This document shows positions 48,177-54,163 of a stretch of DNA of 54,163 nt, in pieces; positions within the stretch are counted from its first letter, which is position 1; each line of letters begins with the position of its first letter. Origin of the DNA: a virus (lineage: Duplodnaviria; Caudoviricetes); IMG/VR virus record IMGVR_UViG_3300021962_000139, positions 1 through 54,163 of that record, one strand, 5' to 3'. Position numbers and translations under genes: made by a program. The notes beneath the pieces were generated by a model that had not been told where the DNA came from, did not search any database, and worked only from the letters and a program-made list of their open reading frames with translations.

Positions 48177-48615
48177 AAGATTAGATAGAGATATAGAAGT
48201 ACGTGAAGAAACTCAACCAAGGGATAGAGTATGGGCACCCCCATCACTTCTCCCGGAATTCAAAAAACAACCAGGTTGGGCTTATAGATGGATTAGAATT
48301 TCTTTAGCTAATGATGCTGATAATCTAAATGTGTCTTCTAAAATGCGTGAAGGCTGGGAACCTGTGAAACAATCAGAACACCCAGAAATTAAATTACCGG
48401 CAGCCGCTGACAGTAGGTTTAAAGACTCTGTCGAAGTAGGTGGACTGCTTTTATGTAAAATGCCACAAGAAATGGTGGATCAGAGAAATGCCTATTATAG
48501 GCAAAAAGCTGAAGGTCAAGCTAAAGCTGTTGATAATAGCTTTATGAAAGAAAATGATCCTCGTATGCCGTTATTCTCTGATAAAAAATCTACTAAGTCT
48601 TTTGGCAAAGGTTAA
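48169..48615 (+). CDS. Conserved head-module protein
   Basis: GWAYRWIR, REGWEPV and GGLLLCKMP motifs. Confidence 0.7.
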   Translation: MDKRLDRDIEVREETQPRDRVWAPPSLLPEFKKQPGWAYRWIRISLANDADNLNVSSKMREGWEPVKQSEHPEIKLPAAADSRFKDSVEVGGLLLCKMPQEMVDQRNAYYRQKAEGQAKAVDNSFMKENDPRMPLFSDKKSTKSFGKG

Positions 48616-48639
48616 ACAATTCTTTAAGGAGAAATTATT

Positions 48640-49230
48640 ATGGCAGCTTACGGATTAAAACCTGTACAGCGTGTTGATGGCATGCCTTATGCAGGCGCTA
48701 CAAGGCTATATAAAATTGACCCTGCTGGTGAAGCAACTAACTTGTTCTATGGACAGGTTGTTAACATCGGCTCGGACGGTTATATCGCTTTATGTACTGC
48801 AACAGGCGCAGACGCTACTACTAACAACTTAGGTGGTAACGGCGTTGGAGCTATCGGCGTTTTTGTTGGATGTGAATATGTTAATGCACAAGGTCAAGTT
48901 ATCTACTCACAATATTATCCATCTGGTACTGCTAATGGCGGTGACATTATGGCTTATGTTGTAGACGATCCAAATGCATTATTTATGGCTGAATTAGATG
49001 AAACAGCTACGCAAACAATGGTTGGTACAAACACCACTTTTGCAACAGCTCAATCTACTTCTACCGGTTCTACCGCTACTGGCGTTTCTAACTCTCAGTT
49101 GGACGCAACAGTTGCTACTACTGCTAAGGCATTTAAAATTGTCGCTTTAGCACCAGATCAGTCAACTGCAGCAGTGTTAGTTAAATTTAACCCAAGTTTC
49201 CATCGCTTCACAAGTGATGCTGGCTTATAA
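48640..49230 (+). CDS. Capsid decoration / cement protein
   Basis: Beta-rich protein directly before the MCP; GVFVGC and VVDDP motifs. Confidence 0.6.
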   Translation: MAAYGLKPVQRVDGMPYAGATRLYKIDPAGEATNLFYGQVVNIGSDGYIALCTATGADATTNNLGGNGVGAIGVFVGCEYVNAQGQVIYSQYYPSGTANGGDIMAYVVDDPNALFMAELDETATQTMVGTNTTFATAQSTSTGSTATGVSNSQLDATVATTAKAFKIVALAPDQSTAAVLVKFNPSFHRFTSDAGL

Positions 49231-49242
49231 GGAGAATAAATC

Positions 49243-50157
49243 ATGGCAATTTCAAGAGCTCAGTTACTAAAAGAGTTGCTCCCGGGCCTTAATGCTTTAT
49301 TCGGAATGGAATATCAGCGTTACGGTGAAGAGCACAAAGAGATCTACGAAACAGAAACATCTGAAAGATCTTTTGAAGAAGAAACAAAATTATCAGGCTT
49401 TGGCAGTGCGCCAGTTAAAGGTGAAGGCTCAGCCATCGCTTATGACAATGCACAAGAAGCTTGGACAGCAAGATACAACCACGAAACCATTGCTTTAGGT
49501 TTCTCTCTAACAGAAGAAGCAGTTGAAGATAACCTCTACGACACTTTATCTGCTAGATATACTAAAGCATTAGCACGTGCAATGGCTTATACTAAACAAG
49601 TTAAAGCTGCTAACGTGTTAAACAATGGCTTCGACGGAACTAACTATCCTGGTGGTGACGGCAAAGCTTTATTTGCTACAAATCACCCACTAGTTAACGG
49701 CGGTACAAACAGCAATACTCAGTCAGTTGCTGCTGACTTAAACGAAACTTCATTAGAAAACGCAGTGATTCAAATCGCTGCATGGACTGATGAAAGAGGT
49801 TTATTGATTGCTGCTAAACCACGTAAATTGGTTATTCCACCATCATTACAATTCGTTGCTACACGTTTATTAGAAACTGACCAAAGAGTTGGTACTGCTG
49901 ATAACGACATCAACGCATTGAAAAACAACGGTGCGATTCCAGAAGGCTATGCAATCAATCATTTCTTAACAGACAATGATGCATACTTTTTAACAACCGA
50001 CGTTCCTAACGGTATGAAGCACTTCGAAAGAACAGCGCTTACTACTTCTATGGACGGTGATTTCGACACAGGCAATGTACGTTACAAAGCTCGTGAACGT
50101 TACTCATTTGGTTGGTCAGATCCATTAGGTATGTGGGGATCACAAGGCGCTGCTTAA
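49243..50157 (+). CDS. Major capsid protein (Mu gpT-like HK97 fold)
   Basis: MAISRAQLLKELLPGLNALFG...KARERYSFGWSD; strong RBS, biased codons, terminator follows. Confidence 0.9.
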   Translation: MAISRAQLLKELLPGLNALFGMEYQRYGEEHKEIYETETSERSFEEETKLSGFGSAPVKGEGSAIAYDNAQEAWTARYNHETIALGFSLTEEAVEDNLYDTLSARYTKALARAMAYTKQVKAANVLNNGFDGTNYPGGDGKALFATNHPLVNGGTNSNTQSVAADLNETSLENAVIQIAAWTDERGLLIAAKPRKLVIPPSLQFVATRLLETDQRVGTADNDINALKNNGAIPEGYAINHFLTDNDAYFLTTDVPNGMKHFERTALTTSMDGDFDTGNVRYKARERYSFGWSDPLGMWGSQGAA

Positions 50158-50176
50158 TTAAGTAGTCCTTTCTAAG

Positions 50177-50207
50177 AAGACCCAGTTTCTCGGCTGGGTC
50201 TTTTTTT
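50177..50207 (+). terminator. Rho-independent terminator after the capsid gene
   Basis: AAGACCCAGT-TTCTCG-GCTGGGTCTT followed by a T run. Confidence 0.9.
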
Positions 50208-50302
50208 ATGTATAACTCATGGTTTTCTTTATAGTTTTTCTTTTTAATACCAATACAATACACATATCAGCTTAGGCTGAAATCTAAATTAAGGAGACTA
50301 TT

Positions 50303-50374
50303 ATGTGGACAAAACCAGCTGCAACTGAAATGAGATTCGGTTTCGAAGTAACTATGTACGTATGCAACAAGTAA
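50303..50374 (+). CDS. pqqA: Pyrroloquinoline quinone precursor peptide PqqA (23 aa; not in the ORF track)
   Basis: MWTKPAATEMRFGFEVTMYVCNK with the ExxxY core (EVTMY); RBS AAGGAG; own terminator. Confidence 0.93.
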   Translation: MWTKPAATEMRFGFEVTMYVCNK

Positions 50375-50392
50375 TTTTAGAGTTTAGAAACT

Positions 50393-50415
50393 AGGGGCTT
50401 TTCAGCCCCTTTTTT
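50393..50415 (+). terminator. Rho-independent terminator after pqqA
   Basis: AGGGGCT-TTTC-AGCCCCT followed by a T run. Confidence 0.88.
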
Positions 50416-50453
50416 GTTGTATAATATGCAGAAATAGCGTATGATTTAATTAT

Positions 50454-50525
50454 CTGGGAACATATGGCTTATCAGACTGCCCCAGCAGACGCATACACGA
50501 CGGATAAGCTTAACTTTGTATGGAG
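50454..50525 (+). ncRNA. Pseudoknotted RNA element, possibly the Mu-gpT-DE motif
   Basis: Interleaved helices CTGGG/CCCAG, GCTTATC/GATAAGC and CATACA/TGTATG, downstream of a gpT-like capsid gene. Confidence 0.5.
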
Positions 50526-50533
50526 AAATTCAA

Positions 50534-50809
50534 ATGGCAACAACAACCTTTTCAGGTCCAGTCGTATCAGACAACGGATTTCAAGGCGCAGTAACAGGCG
50601 CAGTAACAGCAACTACATTCGATGCACCCTCATCAGCAGGTTTAGCAGCTCTTTTAGGCGACATCGCTAACGCATATAACACAACAGGTAAAGTAGTAGG
50701 TAAACAAGTTACTGATTTAGATGATGGCTTAATTTATACAGCTACAGGCACCGCCGCAGCTTCTGATTGGGTCGCTTCTGACGGAACAACTTCAGTAACC
50801 CCTGCTTAA
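50534..50809 (+). CDS. Small virion protein (capsid fibre/decoration-like)
   Basis: MATTTFSGPVVS start after GGAG; A/T/G-rich. Confidence 0.7.
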   Translation: MATTTFSGPVVSDNGFQGAVTGAVTATTFDAPSSAGLAALLGDIANAYNTTGKVVGKQVTDLDDGLIYTATGTAAASDWVASDGTTSVTPA

Positions 50810-50822
50810 TAGGAGAATAAAA

Positions 50823-51113
50823 ATGTCAGATTTAGCTAATGACGTATCGGCGGTCAATTTTGTAGCTGCTGACTCTCCTGACACTGCAGTAACTCGCAGA
50901 ACTCGTGTAGTTGGAATGAGTGTTACAACAACAGGAACAGCTGGCTCAGTTGAACTTAAAGATGGTTCAGGTGGTACAGTTCGACTAAAAATTGTAACTC
51001 CCGCTGCAGTAGGATTACACGATGTAGTAGTTCCAGGTGATGGTATATTATTTAATTCTGAAGTATATTGCACATTGGCTAATGTGACTTCAGTAACTAT
51101 ATTTTATGCATAA
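50823..51113 (+). CDS. Small beta-rich virion protein
   Basis: AGGAG RBS; PGDGILF...VTIFY. Confidence 0.7.
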   Translation: MSDLANDVSAVNFVAADSPDTAVTRRTRVVGMSVTTTGTAGSVELKDGSGGTVRLKIVTPAAVGLHDVVVPGDGILFNSEVYCTLANVTSVTIFYA

Positions 51114-51409
51114 TGGCTACAACTAAGAAAAAAGGAATGGGGATTAAAACTTCTGTGAAGTCGGGTAACTTTCGCCCGACCAAGCAGGGTGCTGGCATGA
51201 CGAAGAAAGGTGTCACAGCCTACAGAAAAGCTAATCCCGGTTCTAAATTAAAAACGGCTGTTACAGGGAGTCCTAAACCTGGTTCTAAAGATGCGAAACG
51301 ACGTAAGTCATTTTGTGCAAGATCAGCAGGGCAGATGAAAGATTTTCCAAAAGCAGCTAAAGACCCTAACTCAAGGTTACGCCAAGCGCGTAGGAGATGG
51401 AAATGTTAA
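51113..51409 (+). CDS. Basic conserved phage protein (DUF6321-like)
   Basis: NPGSKLK, RRKSFCAR and DPNSRL...WKC motifs. Confidence 0.75.
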   Translation: MATTKKKGMGIKTSVKSGNFRPTKQGAGMTKKGVTAYRKANPGSKLKTAVTGSPKPGSKDAKRRKSFCARSAGQMKDFPKAAKDPNSRLRQARRRWKC

Positions 51410-51609
51410 CAAAGGTGATGAATCATATGGACGAATCAACAAAACACGCAGTAGATGCTGCATCGGTTTTCACAGCTGTGGGTTCGATCCTAGCTTGGCT
51501 ACCGGCAATAGCAGCACTCTTTACAATCGTTTGGACAGGTATTCGTATTTACGAAACTAAAACAGTTCAATCATGGGTAAAAAGAAAAAAAGATGCCAGC
51601 AAAGAGTAA
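51397..51609 (+). CDS. Small membrane protein, holin-like
   Basis: Hydrophobic segments and a basic tail; the start may be MDEST. Confidence 0.55.
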   Translation: MEMLTKVMNHMDESTKHAVDAASVFTAVGSILAWLPAIAALFTIVWTGIRIYETKTVQSWVKRKKDASKE

Positions 51610-52015
51610 AAAGCAAGAACGCTTTATGCAAGCTGTAGCAAACAACCCTAAGTTTGCTAAGAAAGTTGGCGTACCTCAATCAGTCGGTAAGGAGTTTACT
51701 AAAGTGAAAAAGTATGAAAAAGGTGGTATGACAGAAGAAGACAAAAAAATGTTTGGTGAGAAAGAAACAGATTTACCTCCACCAGAAGGATTTAAAAAGT
51801 CTGATGATATGAAATCAGTACCAAAAGAGAAAAAAGACAGCTTAGGTAAATTACCTAAAGATGTTCGTAACAAAATGGGCTACATGAAAAAAGGTGGCAA
51901 GATTGGTATGGGCATGACTAAGAACAATTATAAAAAAGGTGGCAAAGTTTCATCATGTTCTAAACGAGCTGATGGCTGTGCTGTTAAAGGTAAAACAAAA
52001 GGTAAATTATATTAG
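51593..52015 (+). CDS. Lys-rich head-associated protein
   Basis: MPAKSKKQERFM start; KKGG motifs; ends DGCAVKGKTKG. Confidence 0.7.
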   Translation: MPAKSKKQERFMQAVANNPKFAKKVGVPQSVGKEFTKVKKYEKGGMTEEDKKMFGEKETDLPPPEGFKKSDDMKSVPKEKKDSLGKLPKDVRNKMGYMKKGGKIGMGMTKNNYKKGGKVSSCSKRADGCAVKGKTKGKLY

Positions 52016-52024
52016 GAGACTATT

Positions 52025-52501
52025 ATGCCAACTGGAACAGAAATTAGAGCAAAACTAAAAGAAGAAGCTAGAAAAAGAGCAAGGTTAAGAAGTATGGAAG
52101 AAAGGCAAGCAAAGAAAACAGCTGCGCCTGGATCAGAAGGTTATAAACCTACTAAAACCGATATTGGTCCAAAAATGAGTGTTGTTAAAAAACCAGCTCC
52201 AAAACCTAAAAAAGAAGAAGTAAAAACATACCAGGATGCTAAACTTAATAAGTCTAATGCACCGATGCCAAACTTTACTCCTAAAAAAGTAGATAAAATG
52301 GATGCTCCTAAAAAAGAAAAGACAATGATGGAGAAAGCTAAAGACATTATCGGTGTTGGTAGAGAAGCTACTGAAAAAGAAAAAATGGGTAGAGCATTAC
52401 AAGATAATGCTAGAAAATCTATGGGTATGAAAAAGGGTGGCAAAGTCTATTGTAAAGATGGCTGTGCTGTTCGTGGTAAAACAAAAGGCAAATTATATTA
52501 G
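52025..52501 (+). CDS. Lys-rich head-associated protein (paralogous C-terminus)
   Basis: Ends MKKGGKV...DGCAVRGKTKGKLY. Confidence 0.7.
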   Translation: MPTGTEIRAKLKEEARKRARLRSMEERQAKKTAAPGSEGYKPTKTDIGPKMSVVKKPAPKPKKEEVKTYQDAKLNKSNAPMPNFTPKKVDKMDAPKKEKTMMEKAKDIIGVGREATEKEKMGRALQDNARKSMGMKKGGKVYCKDGCAVRGKTKGKLY

Positions 52502-52510
52502 GAGACTATT

Positions 52511-52921
52511 ATGGCTGGATGCGGTAAAAAAATGACAAAAGGTGGTAAAGTTAAAAAAATGCAAGATGGTGGAATGACTGCAGCTGCAGCTGGTTCAATG
52601 CCAACAAAAGAAGAACTTGCTCTTTTAGCACAACAAAGAGCAGCTGCAATGGCTGCAATGCCAGCAGGAGCTGTACCTCAAAGATCTAGGTTAGGAGGAG
52701 TTCCAGGAGACATGCGAGCCCTAGCACCACAAGGCGGAGCTAGTTTAGGGGGAATGAAAAAAGGCGGTAAAGTCAAACCGGGTTATCACAAAATGCCAAA
52801 TGGAAAAATGATGAAAAATTCAGCTCACAAAGGTATGAAGAAAATGGCTAAAGGTGGTTCAGTTAAAAAAGGCTGTGACGGCGTAGCTACAAAAGGCAAA
52901 ACTAAAGGAAGAATGGTGTAA
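52511..52921 (+). CDS. Lys/Gly-rich head-associated protein (paralogous C-terminus)
   Basis: Four xxGG motifs; ends DGVATKGKTKG. Confidence 0.7.
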   Translation: MAGCGKKMTKGGKVKKMQDGGMTAAAAGSMPTKEELALLAQQRAAAMAAMPAGAVPQRSRLGGVPGDMRALAPQGGASLGGMKKGGKVKPGYHKMPNGKMMKNSAHKGMKKMAKGGSVKKGCDGVATKGKTKGRMV

Positions 52922-53094
52922 TGAGAGCTTCACGTGGCATGGGATGTCTGTCTGAGAAAAAGCTTAAAAAGCTTAAAGAAGGTGGTACAGTTAAAGACGC
53001 GTGTTACAAAAAGGTAAAGGCTCAATATAAAGTTTTCCCTAGCGCATACGCATCGGGCGCTATTGCTAAATGTAGAAAAAACAAAGGTAAATAA
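52921..53094 (+). CDS. Small basic protein (57 aa; not in the ORF track)
   Basis: MRASRGMG...KDACYKKVKAQYKVFPSAYASGAIAKCRK; TAATG coupling on both sides. Confidence 0.75.
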   Translation: MRASRGMGCLSEKKLKKLKEGGTVKDACYKKVKAQYKVFPSAYASGAIAKCRKNKGK

Positions 53095-53375
53095 TGGCAG
53101 TTAGAAAGACAGCTAAAGGTGCTGCACTTAAACGCTGGTTTAAAGAAGATTGGAAAGATGTTAGGACCGGCAAACCGTGCGGTAGACAGAAAGGGGAATC
53201 GCGAGGTACTCCGTATTGCCGACCTAGCAAACGAGTGTCAACCGAGACCCCCAAAACTTCGGGTGAAATGACATCAGCTGAGAAAAAGACTAGAATAGCA
53301 CAAAAGAAAAGTCTTGGTCAGCCAGCAGGTAAACCAAGAAGAGTAGCACCTTTAAAAAGAAAAAGGAATAAATAA
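53094..53375 (+). CDS. Basic conserved phage protein (DUF5872-like)
   Basis: LKRWFKEDW...CGR...YCRP. Confidence 0.7.
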   Translation: MAVRKTAKGAALKRWFKEDWKDVRTGKPCGRQKGESRGTPYCRPSKRVSTETPKTSGEMTSAEKKTRIAQKKSLGQPAGKPRRVAPLKRKRNK

Positions 53376-54058
53376 TGGCAACTTCAGGAACAGCAGTATT
53401 TAATTTAGACTTAAATCAATTAGTCGAAGAAGCATTCGAGCGATGTGGTCAAGAGCTTCGTACTGGATATGATTTAAGAACTGCTCGACGTAGTTTAAAT
53501 TTAATGACTGCAGAATGGGCAAATCGTGGTATTAATTTATGGACTATTGAAGAAGGTAGTATTAACTTAACTAACGGAACAGCCACTTATAATTTACCTG
53601 CAGATACGATTGATTTATTAGATCATGTAATTAGAACAGGCACAGGACAGAATCAACAGGATATTACAATATCTAGAATATCAGCGGATACCTATATTTC
53701 TATCCCTGCTAAGAATGCGACAGGTCGACCTATACAAGTTTGGATAAATAGACAAGCAACACAGCCATCAATTAATGTATGGCCAACACCAAACCAAGAC
53801 AATACTTATGTATTTAAGTATTGGAGATTAAGACGTATACAAGATGCAGGTACTGGCGTTAATACACAAGATATACCATTTAGATTTTTACCTTGTTTAG
53901 TTGCAGGGTTAGCTTTCTATTTAAGTATGAAACTGCCTAATGCTGGAGACAGAACACAGTTTTTAAAACAAGAATATGAAGAGCAGTGGATGTTAGCTTC
54001 TACAGAGGATAGAGAAAAAGCAGATTATAGATTAGCGCCTCGTCCTCAATATTTATAA
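53375..54058 (+). CDS. Head-to-tail adaptor / tail tubular-like protein
   Basis: ARRSLN...WANRGINLW, GRP, VWPTP and PFRFLPCLVAGLA motifs. Confidence 0.7.
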   Translation: MATSGTAVFNLDLNQLVEEAFERCGQELRTGYDLRTARRSLNLMTAEWANRGINLWTIEEGSINLTNGTATYNLPADTIDLLDHVIRTGTGQNQQDITISRISADTYISIPAKNATGRPIQVWINRQATQPSINVWPTPNQDNTYVFKYWRLRRIQDAGTGVNTQDIPFRFLPCLVAGLAFYLSMKLPNAGDRTQFLKQEYEEQWMLASTEDREKADYRLAPRPQYL

Positions 54059-54067
54059 AGGTTTAAC

Positions 54068-54163
54068 ATGGCTAATAAGTTTACCTCAGGCAAAAATGCA
54101 ATAGCCGATTGTGACAGATGTGGGTTTCAGTTTAAGTTAAAAGAGTTAAGAAAGTTAACGATA
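54068..54163 (+). CDS. Zn-ribbon-containing conserved phage protein, truncated by the window
   Basis: MANKFTSGKNAIADCDRCGFQFKLKEL... Confidence 0.65.
   Translation, partial: MANKFTSGKNAIADCDRCGFQFKLKELRKLTI

Noticed and set aside
50464-50670. 68-aa + ORF overlapping the RNA element
   Set aside because: No RBS; overlaps the better-supported 50534 gene out of frame; R/S-rich shadow composition
1-54163. tRNA genes, integrase/att sites, alternative genetic code
   Set aside because: No cloverleaf or recombinase motifs seen by eye; long ORFs are intact in the standard code

Overview
Most of an AT-rich dsDNA tailed-phage genome with podovirus-like organisation, apparently circularly permuted; both window edges cut genes, so some tail/lysis genes are missing. 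The + strand carries late genes: terminase, portal, GroES, scaffold, major capsid and head-completion genes (41.8-54.2 kb), continuing into tail and ejection genes with a 2546-aa internal virion protein (0-16.4 kb). The - strand carries early and replication genes (16.4-39.5 kb): primase-helicase, SSB, SNF2 helicase, exonuclease, family A DNA polymerase and a MoxR/vWA module. No integrase, tRNA or CRISPR array was seen. Features absent from or obscured in the ORF track: (1) a stand-alone pqqA gene (PQQ precursor peptide) after the capsid gene, suggesting a methylotroph host; (2) 11 copies of a 17-bp palindrome CCTGACA-N3-TGTCAGG at early-gene boundaries; (3) an iteron/IHF-rich putative origin; (4) a candidate sRNA and a pseudoknotted RNA; (5) a probable overprinted gene inside the giant virion protein. 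All family calls come from motif recognition by eye, not from database searches.
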